DNA from: a phage
DNA: 64,000 nucleotides
Reading direction: 5' to 3' (one strand)
Sequence record: PZ402305.1
The position numbers and the translations under genes are program-made. The notes below the pieces were generated by a model. The model was not told the origin of the DNA. It did no database searches and saw only the letters and a program-made list of their open reading frames with translations. Shown here in pieces: positions 51,960 to 62,267 of the stretch (positions are counted from its first letter, which is position 1; the number at the start of each line of letters is the position of its first letter).

Positions 51960-52204
51960 TATAACTCCTTATTTAAAATAGCTTTCTAGAAAGTTGCTAA
52001 TATTTACTACAGTCTCACCCATGTAAATTCCTGCGAAACCGAAAACAAACATACGTGGAATATTGAAATACCATTTATCCGCCGGAAAAGATGCCAGAAT
52101 TACAATAGCAATTGCTATCAACATCATAAGAATTGTTGCTAAAATTATCATAAAAATGCCTCCAGGTATTTTGCACAATGATAAGCTAAGAACATTTTTC
52201 CTCC

Positions 52205-53332
52205 TTATTCTGCTGGTTCCCAAGTGCCTGGGATCATTTCTCGAATACGAACACCAACAGGTTTTGTTGGAATACCTTCATCTGAAAATTCTTCATACTC
52301 TATTTCAACGAACTGATTAATCAAGGTAGAAGCATTCTCTGCTTTACGATAATTGATAGTCTCATGAGCATCTTTACGCATTAAGAATTCGACTACTTTA
52401 CCATTTTCCATCTCACCTGTCAACACTCCATCGCCATTTTTATCACTTTTTGAATTTATTACTTTAACTTCAAGCGTATGACGAGGCTTACGTTTAATAA
52501 CATCATAAGAACGTTTATCAAATTCGTAAACTCCGTGAGCATTACGATATACTACACCTTCAGCTTTCTCAAGTAAAGCTTTTTCATAGAAAGCATCAAA
52601 CTGTTCTTGGTTTTGAATATACTCTGTATGAACTACACAAATAAGCTCATCAAGACCATAATCCTCCACTACTGCCTTAAGAGCAGTAAGAACATCAACA
52701 CGTTTTTCAAACGGTAGGTCTGGAACTGGAATATCGTATACGTAATAGTTCAGCAAAGGTGTATTTGCATTATGCTTCTTCCAGGCACTGTTAATTTGTT
52801 GTAGACTAAGGACACCTAACCCAGCAAACACTTCACCATCAAGAGGATGACCAACAACTTCACTAATAAAGTTTGGAATACCTTTCCAATGAGGTGGCAG
52901 GTTATACACTTCCCCAGCTTTTGATAAACACTCCCCTTTCATGTTAATCATAGAACGTAACCCGTTCAGTTTGTATTGTGCATAGCCAGGGAACACAACC
53001 CTTTCAGGATAATCTTTATAATCCTGGCATTTCATTGGTGTAGAAGGAACATGGTTTTCAGCTTCTTCTTTTGTTTTATAATAGCCATTCTTTAACTGTT
53101 TTGTCCATTTGGCAAAAGCTTCAAGTTCAGCTTGTTCTTCTGGTGTTGTTTCATTGGAACGACCGATGTTTTTTGCTTCTGCTGTATAAGATTTTTCTGT
53201 GATTTTTCCACCTACCCTTCCATGAGCTACAGTAACAACTGCACCATCTGTATACACTGTCCACTGTTTAAGTTTTCCTTTTGAATCTTTACCATACAGC
53301 GTTTGATTTGTTTGTTGCATTAGTCCTCCCAT
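52205..53332 (-). CDS. ATP-dependent DNA ligase
   Basis: FPGYAQYKLNGLRS (motif I, compare T4 gp30 FPAFAQLKADGAR), LDGEVF, EGVVYRN, VIKRK. Confidence 0.7.
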   Translation of the reverse strand: MGGLMQQTNQTLYGKDSKGKLKQWTVYTDGAVVTVAHGRVGGKITEKSYTAEAKNIGRSNETTPEEQAELEAFAKWTKQLKNGYYKTKEEAENHVPSTPMKCQDYKDYPERVVFPGYAQYKLNGLRSMINMKGECLSKAGEVYNLPPHWKGIPNFISEVVGHPLDGEVFAGLGVLSLQQINSAWKKHNANTPLLNYYVYDIPVPDLPFEKRVDVLTALKAVVEDYGLDELICVVHTEYIQNQEQFDAFYEKALLEKAEGVVYRNAHGVYEFDKRSYDVIKRKPRHTLEVKVINSKSDKNGDGVLTGEMENGKVVEFLMRKDAHETINYRKAENASTLINQFVEIEYEEFSDEGIPTKPVGVRIREMIPGTWEPAE

Positions 53333-54058
53333 TTAAAAACTGAAATTTTCAATCTGTTACACACTTCATCCAAATCGGCGTCGAGTAACGTTGTAGATGT
53401 TGCCAACATATAATCAATGCTTGTGAAACCTTGCCCTTTGGCATAGTCAAACATATCTTCATACATATCTTCAAGATCACCGTCATCAAAAGTAGCTAGA
53501 AAATCCTCGTCCCCACTACGAACATAAAATGCAGTACTCATTCATCTTCATCCCAAGATTCAAAAACGCAGCAATCATCGGTTTCTATAATACCAACACG
53601 TCCGCAGGTATTGCAAGTGATTTTATCACCGTAGAATAAATAATTTTTATCACCCTCTGTGTTTACAGTTATGTCATTACTACCACAAGGGCAAGTCAGC
53701 CAACCAACAACAACGATATCTTTTTTCATAATCCATCCTTAATGAGTTCGTAAATCTCTTCCTGAAGAGCATCGATCTCTTCCTCCAAACGAGAGATCTC
53801 TTCTTTTAGATATACCATTTCGGATTCTTTCTCTTCTAACTCATTTTCAAATTTTACTTTATTCGCCTCATTTTCATAATGGAGTTCAGCGTAATCATCG
53901 CGCATTTGTTCAATAAGATGAATCAGAGACAAGATGTAATTATCTCCCGTTTCATCACGCCACTCTTCACCGTGGCGGAGAACGGTAATTCGTCCAGTAT
54001 CTTCATCTAAAATTGTCTCATATTTACGATCATCTGTATAAATCTGCATTATTTCTCC

Positions 54059-54463
54059 TTATTGAAGTTTAAGTGAACCACGAAGACGCTTCTCTTGCTG
54101 ATCACGAATATATTGTGGAACCTCGTGAATTGAATCATTACCGTGCCTATTTTCAACAACTAAAGAGATAACTTGATAACCAAACTCTTCAGCAAGAGTT
54201 AAATAAGGTTTAAGTTCTTTCTCTGTGGTTGAAGTGTTAGAAACAATAATCTTGTTAAGATTAGATGCCATAGCATCACGAACAATACTCTGACACCATG
54301 CGTGTGCTTTACCTACATTTTCTGGCTTCCAATCGTAAACACCACTTTCTGTGTAATGATATTGATCTGCCTCACAGATAGGCCAATAACCTTCAGAAAT
54401 AATTTCTGCTACCGTAGATTTACCAGCACCTGAAACGCCACGTAAAATGATAAGTTGTTTCAT
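54059..54463 (-). CDS. P-loop kinase (polynucleotide kinase-like)
   Basis: LIILRGVSGAGKSTVAEII Walker A; 134 aa, kinase domain only. Confidence 0.6.
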   Translation of the reverse strand: MKQLIILRGVSGAGKSTVAEIISEGYWPICEADQYHYTESGVYDWKPENVGKAHAWCQSIVRDAMASNLNKIIVSNTSTTEKELKPYLTLAEEFGYQVISLVVENRHGNDSIHEVPQYIRDQQEKRLRGSLKLQ

Positions 54464-55396
54464 TTATCCTCCAAAGAAGTTTTCGATTTTTTCACGTCGC
54501 TCTTGCTGATTTAAAGCAGCCCATTGAGTCTTCGTAAAGTTATTTCGAATCCATTCTAACAAAGCGTAATATTCTTCGTCAACAATTTGTTTGGCATTTT
54601 GTGGATTATCCCAAATCAGATCCCACTTTTTATCTCCACCGCGCATAAGAAACTTCTTAGTAAGATAGTGTGGTGATTTAATTTTTAAAAGTAAGTTGAA
54701 CGGATAGTTTGTTTCACGAACTACAAACCCTTCGTGTTTACAATGTTTAGACATTTCAACAACATCTGAAAACTTAACCATTGGATGAACTTCAGGACGC
54801 TTAAATTTGGTGACAGAAGCAATTCCATCAAGAGCACCTTCAGGTAACATAAAACTTGTCCCGTCAGGATTTTGAATTCTGGCACCAATTAAGTATGCAC
54901 CTGGTTCTTCTTCGACAATATGCGGATCAGAAGGATCACAGATTTCAAAAAGGAAAGTTGCTTTTGCACTCTCTGTCCATTTGATGAAATGTTCTATGTC
55001 ATCGCACTCTGAAACAATACGATTCTTTGCAATACTTGCAAAATCTGATTCAAGGCTTCCTGTTGTCGATACGATAAGTTGACCTTTATATACACCTACA
55101 GAGGCCATAAAACCATTTACTTTACGAACAACATCTACAAATTCATCCGCTGGTAGATCTGTGCCATTCTCAAAACGATTAAAAATCTTAGTGAAAGGCC
55201 AAATAACAACATTGTCATCAGCGTCAACAACGATTCCGCGACATTCTAGAAGACGAGAATCAATGTTCCATAGGTTATCCCAGAAAACTTTGTTCTTATA
55301 CTTAAGAACAGATAGACCAGAATACTCTCCTTCTTTATATGTTTTCTTATGAACTAAACCTTTTTCAACTAAATCGTCGCAATTAAATTTAGCCAC
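54464..55396 (-). CDS. rnlA: RNA ligase, Rnl1 (T4 RnlA) family
   Basis: RLLECRGIVVD and VRKVNGFMASV match T4 Rnl1 LPDALECRGIMFE and ILTKEDGSLVSTY. Confidence 0.75.
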   Translation of the reverse strand: MAKFNCDDLVEKGLVHKKTYKEGEYSGLSVLKYKNKVFWDNLWNIDSRLLECRGIVVDADDNVVIWPFTKIFNRFENGTDLPADEFVDVVRKVNGFMASVGVYKGQLIVSTTGSLESDFASIAKNRIVSECDDIEHFIKWTESAKATFLFEICDPSDPHIVEEEPGAYLIGARIQNPDGTSFMLPEGALDGIASVTKFKRPEVHPMVKFSDVVEMSKHCKHEGFVVRETNYPFNLLLKIKSPHYLTKKFLMRGGDKKWDLIWDNPQNAKQIVDEEYYALLEWIRNNFTKTQWAALNQQERREKIENFFGG

Positions 55397-55397
55397 A

Positions 55398-55949
55398 TTA
55401 CTCTCCTTTGATTATTTTGTGATGGTCTACAGTTACGATATCTCGTTTACTCATCATAGAAATTATCTCATCAAAATGTAAGATTTTTCCGTGTGCATCC
55501 CAACCCACATCTAACATTTTACCATAAGCTTCATCAGGGAAAGATCCGTGGGAATGCCCGTGTAGCATGATTGATCCACGACCTTGTTTATTCCAGGAGG
55601 CCATAGGGTAATGGCTTAAGACGAAGAACAGCTTCTGATATTTCACTTCGTCATAATACACCACTTCTCCATACTCTGCAAGCACTTCTCGGTGTTTGCT
55701 GTAATCATGGTTCCCAACACAATAAGTGATATCCCCTTGGAGGCGGGAAGCAATCTTACGGGTATCTTCTTCAGTCCCGAAACAGAAGTCACCCAAATGC
55801 CACATCTTGACACCTGGACTCGTAGCGCATTTATTCCATGCTTCGATCAGTGCTTCCGTCATGTGGTCCATATCTTCCCACGGTCGATATTCAGGAGCAA
55901 ACTCTCGTATACGTTTGTGCATAAAATGCAAATCACTTGTAATAAACAT
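55398..55949 (-). CDS. calcineurin-like metallophosphoesterase
   Basis: SDLHFMH, HLGDFCFG, VGNHD, LHGHSHG. Confidence 0.7.
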   Translation of the reverse strand: MFITSDLHFMHKRIREFAPEYRPWEDMDHMTEALIEAWNKCATSPGVKMWHLGDFCFGTEEDTRKIASRLQGDITYCVGNHDYSKHREVLAEYGEVVYYDEVKYQKLFFVLSHYPMASWNKQGRGSIMLHGHSHGSFPDEAYGKMLDVGWDAHGKILHFDEIISMMSKRDIVTVDHHKIIKGE

Positions 55950-57958
55950 TAGTATAATCCCTCGCTAAATAGGTCACGATCATGACCATTACGTTCGTAG
56001 TCAATCTGGTCTGCGTGTTTTGCAATAATGTATGCATCTTCACGACTCCACCAATTGTAGTATTGATCAATAAAACCTTGATTGTTTGGAAGACAATGCA
56101 CTTTATCAAGCACACCTGCTTCTTTCAATGCATTCAATTGTGCAGATAATACAGGATTTGCATGTCGAACACAAGGAATAATTAACTCTTCACCACTATT
56201 CAAAATATACTTATTTGCAGCACAGACGATAATACGTTGCGCATAATGACCCTCACCCATCCAGGTAAGAGGTTGGTAACAAATGTTGTTTTCAATACCA
56301 CTCATTGTTTCCTAATCCTCCTCTCTTAAGTTATCCTCGAAAAAACTAGTATCTGGAAGTAAAAGATCATTACTTGTGTCGAGCCAATCCTCTTCTTCTC
56401 GGTAGATAAAGTAACCTTCGTCCTCTTCTTGTTCCGACCAAACCGAATGATGCATGTTCTCTCCTTAATAGTGCACACGAATCATTTTAATACCATAACG
56501 CAGCATGGATTCTTTTGCAAGCATGAATTTATCCCCAGCGGCGGGATTAGAAGTATGCACGAAAATGGTAGGTGAACCAAAGCAAGGTTTACCAAACGCC
56601 AGAAGTTCTTCCAAGCACAGGAAAACATCATACCCATCTTGGTCAGAATCTTCGCCCAAATCGTTGTCAAAATGCCACTCATCTACAAAACGATAACCCT
56701 TCTGCACCTCATTCATGTAGCGAGAGGCAAGAAGTTCCTGTGATGTTTTAAACCAGATTGCATCTGGACAACCATAATCTTTTGGATCACGTAAATCGTC
56801 AAGCCAAATAATAGTACCCATATAACCTCCTCTAAGCTGGCATGATTAAAAAAGAACTCTCCACTTCAAAATGCCAATCATCTACAAGCCCTGATTCCCA
56901 ATCCTTCTCTTCATGGAAAGAGCAAATCCAACGGTACATACCTGGCGGTGTATTCTCAACATCTTCTGGCAACCCGTAATCCAAAGCTGTCAAACCGTTC
57001 TCTGTAAAACTAGGATGGAGATTAGGAGCTTTCAATACAGAAACCCTGCCTCCAACATCTACAGCCACAATCCACTCTGTCATGTATGGGCTGTCATATT
57101 GAGGTTCATCAGAACCTACCTCAACAGCCTCTGTGCGTAAGATGATAATAGCCTGCTCTGTGATTGGGGCTTTGACAATATACCCGTGATCCTCAAAAAG
57201 ATCGATAACCTCGAACTCATCGCCGTTTTCGACACCATAACTCTTATTCAAAGAGATAAACTTCGGGTTATCATCGTAAGCTTTAGTTACTTTAATTCTC
57301 ATTTTTCCTCCTTCACTTTAACCTCAAATTCTACAGGCTTACCCTCAATGTAAAAACAATGATACTCTGCCTTATCATCCTCATCACGAGGCCAAGTTAC
57401 CAAGGAGTTATAGCAATCTTCTGGTGCTTTGAAGATGGTTTTAGTCTCCACAGTAACATTCCCATTAAGTGTTGCCAATACCACCCACCCAGCTACAGGG
57501 ATCATAGTGCCTCCACTTTCCACGTTTTACCCTTATCAACCAAGGTCTTTGCTACAGCATACTCCTTCCCATTAACAAGGAAATAATAAACGATAAAAGA
57601 TTTCCCGATTGTTACTGTCTTAGTAACCTCTACACGTTTAACACCTTGCATGTATTTTGCCTTACCGGAATAGAGTAAAATCATTTTGCATTCCTCTTGT
57701 TGTTGATAACATCCATAGCAGTATATGGTTTATTAGTGCCATGATACTCCAGAATCATTGGAGAGCCTTCTTGCACTACTTCAAAGATACCATAAACAGA
57801 ACTTTCAGCAAATACCATTTGCTTCGTGCCTTGATCGTTTACAACGAGAGAAAACTTCTTGCCTGTCCCGTTGAGGATCTCGTATTTCTTGCCAGCAGTG
57901 AATAATCCAGAGTACCACTCATTATCTGTTGCTTTTACACACTTCAGGAAAGTCTTGA

Positions 57959-58312
57959 TCATTTCTTTTTGCTCCTCTTTTTAGATTTCTCATACAAACC
58001 TAACACAGCCGCTTCTTTTGCACAAGTAGGAACTGAAGTCATCCTTCTTCTTTTTGCTTCTGGTAGTTGCAAAGTCCATATTCCCCACCAATAAATTTGG
58101 TCTGCCGTGAGTGGTTCAGCCATTGGATCTGCCTCCTGCTCCTCAAGACGTTGCAACGCTTCTTCAATCTTCTCGATTGGTGTGTCAAAGACGAATGCCT
58201 CCGTATCAAATTTATCTTTCTTAGGAACTGATTTGGCTACTTTGAGAACCTCGTTTTTCGGTTTCTTAGTAACGTTCTTTGGCTTTGATAACTTCTTCGG
58301 TGTTTTCGCCAC
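57959..58312 (-). CDS. small basic protein (Lys-rich termini)
   Basis: MAKTPKKLSKPKNVTKKPK... and ...KSKKRSKKK. Confidence 0.45.
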   Translation of the reverse strand: MAKTPKKLSKPKNVTKKPKNEVLKVAKSVPKKDKFDTEAFVFDTPIEKIEEALQRLEEQEADPMAEPLTADQIYWWGIWTLQLPEAKRRRMTSVPTCAKEAAVLGLYEKSKKRSKKK

Positions 58313-58792
58313 TTACTACCTCCATACGATCTAAAAAGTCATTCACAAATCTCCAGTAACGTTGACCTGTTCTAAGATCTTCATAGATAACCACAGGATC
58401 AAACACTTTAGATATTCCGGCAGGTTTTGGAAATTCCACTACTGTATATAAACCACCTTTTGCTACACAAGAATAGGTTACGCCTGTAATTGGATAGTTG
58501 CTCATTTCTTTACGTACTCCATGATTGGGGTATGGTCGCCAGTAAGCGTAACACGGCTGTAGGACACATCTTGTGTCTTCAATGTATCAATCCACTCTAA
58601 GAAGTGTTCTTTCGCTTCTGTGTAGTTCTGTGTGCCTTTAACAACGTGTATACCATCTAATGTTACACGGAATACCATTTGAATAACGTCTTTCATTTCT
58701 TACCTCCTTTGTTGTCAAAGTAGCTTACCAGAACATCGTGAACCACACACATGGCTAAAATCAGAACAATTGTTGCCAGGATTGGGTTCTCA

Positions 58793-59116
58793 CTAATTAG
58801 TGCTATCATCTTTAACCACCTCCAATTGCCTTTCGAGTTTGACTTTGTTTGAGAACTGATAATGACACAACTTACATTGCATGTCAACAATCTGATCGTG
58901 ATTTAACCCTACAATTTTAACTTCCTTTGCACCATCCCACTCCAAATACTCAAAGTCATCCAAATGATTACTCTTGTCCAACAAGAATGCTATCTGCTGC
59001 CATTCGATCTGAATGTCATTTAAATGATATGCTGCACAGAAGATATCTTCATAGTAAAAGACGATCATTGTCATTGCTTCGTCCAGTACAACTACCTCTT
59101 GTCTTGTAAATCTCAT
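58793..59116 (-). CDS. hypothetical protein, first gene of the minus-strand train
   Basis: AGGAGG RBS; upstream is the divergent control region. Confidence 0.5.
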   Translation of the reverse strand: MRFTRQEVVVLDEAMTMIVFYYEDIFCAAYHLNDIQIEWQQIAFLLDKSNHLDDFEYLEWDGAKEVKIVGLNHDQIVDMQCKLCHYQFSNKVKLERQLEVVKDDSTN

Positions 59117-59597
59117 TCTAGCCTCCTAAACGCGTCTCTGACGCACTTTTTATATATAAGATGATAAATCACCTTACCTAGTAAGTAAACTTGCTCTACG
59201 AGCCTCTTATGAAGCTTATGTTATAAGCTATACTATTGCTACCTGTTTAAGCAAGGTTTTGCACACAGAAAATAATTTTTAATAAAACTCTTGACTTTTG
59301 TGTTCGAAGTATGCTACCCTAGAAATCTATTAACGAGCGCAGCGAGTTAAGGTTTTAGGTTGTTGATGTAGTACTCTGTACTCAAGTACTGTACTCCGTA
59401 CTAGATTAATAATTATTAAATATTAATAATAAATAATTACTAGATCTAACAAACAGGTACAGTGTATCAGAACTGGTACGTACAGATCAACTTCTATCGA
59501 TTAAAAAATAAAATAATAAATTATTATAAATAATACTTGATCTATAGATCAGTATGAAGTACAGTACGTAACATCTTAACAAGAATGGAGGTGTGCA
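59117..59597. promoter_or_regulatory. divergent intergenic control region with GTACT repeats and AT-rich palindromes
   Basis: Five GTACT copies at about 59371-59402, palindrome TTAATAATTATTAA, GTACAG repeats; lies between divergent gene trains. Confidence 0.45.
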
Positions 59598-59820
59598 ATG
59601 ATTAGTGAGAATCCGTGCAAATGGCATCATGTGCCTATTAAAGATTGTATGTCTTGTAATCCACGTTCTATTTATAACATTACATCTTATGATGATGACA
59701 ATGTGTTAGACGATGATGAAGGCTGGGAGGATTTGGATTGGACTGGTTATGAAACCAAAAAGGATAAAATTATTCCTAGTTGACTTAAGATATCCTTCGT
59801 GCTAAACTAGAAGTGAGGAG

Positions 59821-60072
59821 ATGCCGATCACTCCCCATTTGGGGTTCGAAGGATATATGCAAAATAGCTTTTATTTTAGGTGCCGTGCTTGTAATAGGCA
59901 TTTGACAAACCACTCCAGACGTGATAAAAATGGAGTCATCAAGGAATCAGACCTCTGTTCTATTTGCACAGGTTTGGCTTTTGATGATAGTCCCGAAAGG
60001 GTTTATCAGCATCAATGTATAACAGACGTTCTCGTGTCAAACTTGGTAGAGGACGAACAACTAACAGATTAG
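59821..60072 (+). CDS. small zinc-ribbon protein
   Basis: CRACNRH...CSICTG. Confidence 0.45.
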   Translation: MPITPHLGFEGYMQNSFYFRCRACNRHLTNHSRRDKNGVIKESDLCSICTGLAFDDSPERVYQHQCITDVLVSNLVEDEQLTD

Positions 60073-60336
60073 GAGGAACAATGTCTCTATTAGAAAAACA
60101 CGTGTTTGAAGATGGTAACGGCAATGCAGTTTTTCTTTTCCATCCAGAAAAATACACATCTGAAAACAATGGTACAACTTCTATTGTAATCACTAAAGAT
60201 GTTAAAGTTATTGATTTCTTGGCTCTGATGCGAGAGATGGATCTTGAAATTAATACTTTTAACGCAGAAGCTTTGGTTGTTGCTCTTCTGGAAAAGAAAG
60301 ATAGTGAAGAAGTAGCAGAATATGCTTAAATAACTA

Positions 60337-60366
60337 TTGACAAACGTATCCTTCATATGTTAGGAT
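60337..60366 (+). promoter_or_regulatory. sigma70-type promoter with extended -10 (TTGACA-N18-TGt-TAGGAT) for the RNA/tRNA cluster
   Basis: Same TTGACA...TGn...TAnnnT class recurs at about 60924, 62657 and 63092; a TTGACA-N18-TATAGT promoter plus GTAGGGCG box sits at about 61891-61934. Confidence 0.45.
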
Positions 60367-60377
60367 ACGTTCATCAA

Positions 60378-60570
60378 GTGTGGTAACAGGGTCGTTGACT
60401 CTTGTTAAGAGGGGCTTGCACTGCGGTAGTGTTAGAGACTACTTCTTCAGAGGTTAGCTACCAAAGAGGAAAAGGAATAGTCTCGGCTCAAGAACTTTTA
60501 CGCTGAAAGTTGGGCTTGGTCTTAGAGAATGTAGCGGTTCTCTACAATCGTCAGCGTCTCTGTTACCACA
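60378..60570 (+). ncRNA. candidate structured RNA (about 190 nt) closed by a 10-12 bp long-range stem
   Basis: GTGGTAACAG at about 60380 pairs with CTGTTACCAC at about 60559; no ORF; directly precedes the first tRNA. Confidence 0.35.
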
Positions 60571-60574
60571 TTTA

Positions 60575-60646
60575 TGGCCCTGTAGCTCAATGGGAGAGCT
60601 GTCGGCTCATAACCGATAGGTAGCTGGATCGAAACCAGCCAGGGCC
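60575..60646 (+). tRNA. tRNA with CAT anticodon, tRNA-Ile2 (lysidine)-like
   Basis: Acceptor GGCCCTG/CAGGGCC, loop CTCATAA, encoded CCA; resembles bacterial tRNA-Ile2. Confidence 0.7.
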
Positions 60647-60651
60647 ACCAA

Positions 60652-60723
60652 CGTCTTTATGGTGTAATGGATAGCACAGGAGTCTTCTAAACTCTTAGTC
60701 AAGGTTCGATTCCTTGTAAAGAC
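60652..60723 (+). tRNA. tRNA-Arg (TCT)
   Basis: Acceptor GTCTTTA/TAAAGAC, loop CTTCTAA, T-loop TTCGATT, CCA. Confidence 0.7.
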
Positions 60724-60775
60724 ACCAGAACATTTTAACATGAATTAGCTCAAGTGATTTGAACCCACTACTGAT

Positions 60776-60896
60776 CATGGTGGCAGAGAATGAGGCAAGT
60801 ATGTCAGACATTATAAACAAAGGCCACGGTTATATTAGAAGACATAAATGCTCGAAGAGCACCGTTCGTGGAGAACGGGGGTTGGTGGAGTCACCA
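60776..60896 (+). ncRNA. second candidate structured RNA (about 120 nt)
   Basis: ATGGTGGC at about 60776 pairs with GTCACCAT at about 60889; track ORF 60759..60950 here is probably spurious. Confidence 0.3.
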
Positions 60897-60961
60897 TTCA
60901 TGGTAAAATGTTTTAAAAAACTATTGACAACAAACCTTATTTTATGTTAGATTATAAGTAT

Positions 60962-61049
60962 GGAAGGGCAAATCGACGTGGCGACGAAAACGGTCTTGAA
61001 AACCGCCGAGCTTGAAAGAGCCTTGGGAGTTCGACTCTCCCTCCTTCCG
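60962..61049 (+). tRNA. tRNA-Ser (TGA), type II
   Basis: Acceptor GGAAGGG/TCCTTCC, loop CTTGAAA, long variable arm, T-arm GGGAG-TTCGACT-CTCCC, G73, CCA. Confidence 0.7.
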
Positions 61050-61056
61050 CCAGATT

Positions 61057-61139
61057 GGTAGATTGGTGAAATGGTAGCCACGACAGTTTGCTAAACTGTA
61101 GTCGGAAACGGCGTGTAGGTTCGAGTCCTACATCTACCG
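61057..61139 (+). tRNA. tRNA-Ser (GCT), type II
   Basis: Acceptor GGTAGAT/ATCTACC, loop TTGCTAA, long variable arm, G73, CCA. Confidence 0.75.
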
Positions 61140-61273
61140 CCAAGTTCTTTTTAATATAGCTTACTTTAATAGAGTAAACTTTCGGCAGATGGCCCCCCAC
61201 CATCTTACCGATAACTCATAGTTAGTGGTGTGAACACTGGCTATCTTAAAAAGAATTTAAATATTAGTATTTA

Positions 61274-61358
61274 GGTGAGTTAATTCCGTAGGGGTAGCGG
61301 GGCAGACTGTAAATCTGTTATCATTGCGATTCGGGTGGTTCGACTCCATCACTCACCA
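61274..61358 (+). tRNA. tRNA-Tyr (GTA), type II
   Basis: GGTGAGT...GCAGACTGTAAATCTGT...ACTCACCACCA; close to the bacterial tRNA-Tyr pattern. Confidence 0.8.
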
Positions 61359-61367
61359 CCAAATTAA

Positions 61368-61450
61368 GATGAGTTGGCTGAATGGTTTAAGCGGCGGACT
61401 GTTAATCCGTGTTCGAAAGAACGATATAGGTTCAAATCCTATACTCATCG
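61368..61450 (+). tRNA. type II (Ser-like, G73) tRNA whose canonical fold gives anticodon GTT (Asn)
   Basis: Acceptor GATGAGT/ACTCATC, 3-bp D-stem, loop CTGTTAA between GCGGA/TCCGT, GNRA-capped variable arm. Confidence 0.45.
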
Positions 61451-61532
61451 CCAGAATTATGGACTTGTAGAGTTAAGGTAAACCCCCAGTCGCCAAGAGG
61501 CTTCTGGAATTGCAGGTATCGAATCCTGCCGA

Positions 61533-61604
61533 GTCCCAGCTTTGCTCCTATAGTATAATGGCTATTACAACGGTTTTGTAATCCGTGGATCTCTGTTCGA
61601 TTCA
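61533..61604 (+). tRNA. tRNA-Thr (TGT)
   Basis: Acceptor GCTCCTA/TGGGAGC, loop TTTGTAA, T-arm CTCTG-TTCGATT-CAGAG, CCA. Confidence 0.7.
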
Positions 61605-61931
61605 GAGTGGGAGCACCAACACAACATTAAGGGCACTGTGATTGATCGTCGTATCCTGTGCACAAGGTCTGTTCGAAAGACAGTGTTCTTAGTATTGTGT
61701 TGATCACAAAAAGAGTCACCTGAAACTTGACCGGAGTAGGGTTGGATGGGGTAAAAGAAGAAGCGGCTCTCCCATCGACAGCAACGAAGAATAATATTTG
61801 ACTTTGGTTTTGTATTATTTTAAGTTAGCTTACCGAACGTAGGGCTAGTCACCCAAAGGGATACTCGTCACTGTCCCACTCAATAAAACTATTGACAACC
61901 AATAGTAAAGTGTAGTATAGTAAAGATGTAG

Positions 61932-62002
61932 GGCGTTCTTGGTGTAGCGGTAGCATTCCGTCCTTCCAAGTCGGCGGCACGAGTTCGATCCTCGTAGAAC
62001 GC
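61932..62002 (+). tRNA. tRNA-Gly (TCC)
   Basis: Acceptor GCGTTCT/AGAACGC, loop CTTCCAA, T-arm ACGAG-TTCGATC-CTCGT; D-arm weak. Confidence 0.55.
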
Positions 62003-62103
62003 TCCAAATTATTTAATAAAGGGTTGCCAGAAAACTTTCTCTTTTACTCATGGTTTTCTCCTTCTCTCACACCTCTTCTGGTTGCCCTTCATTAAATGAT
62101 TTA

Positions 62104-62176
62104 TTGGTTTGTAGTGTAGTTAGGTAGCACACGACACTTTGACTGTCGTAGGTTTGGTTCAAATCCAGACAGACCA
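62104..62176 (+). tRNA. tRNA-Gln (TTG)
   Basis: U1:A72 and G73 (Gln identity), stem CGACA/TGTCG with loop CTTTGAC, CCA. Confidence 0.7.
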
Positions 62177-62184
62177 GCCATATA

Positions 62185-62258
62185 ACGGAATTTAGCTCAG
62201 TTTGGTAGAGTGTACGCTTTGGGAGCGTATTGTCGCAGGTTCGAATCCTGCAATTCCG
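62185..62258 (+). tRNA. tRNA-Pro (TGG)
   Basis: Acceptor CGGAATT/AATTCCG, loop TTTGGGA, T-arm GCAGG-TTCGAAT-CCTGC, A73, CCA. Confidence 0.75.
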
Positions 62259-62267
62259 ACCAATTAA

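Noticed and set aside
60759-61203. Track ORFs 60759..60950 (+) and 60952..61203 (-) inside the tRNA cluster
   Set aside because: They run through tRNA genes and a structured RNA segment; the minus ORF translates tRNA reverse complements (GLEPT, RVELP). Not called as CDS.
61460-61535. tRNA-like element with acceptor pairing GGACTTG/CGAGTCC and a T-arm-like hairpin
   Set aside because: No canonical anticodon stem-loop could be folded and the T-loop would be 8 nt. Possibly a tRNA remnant; needs tRNAscan-SE.
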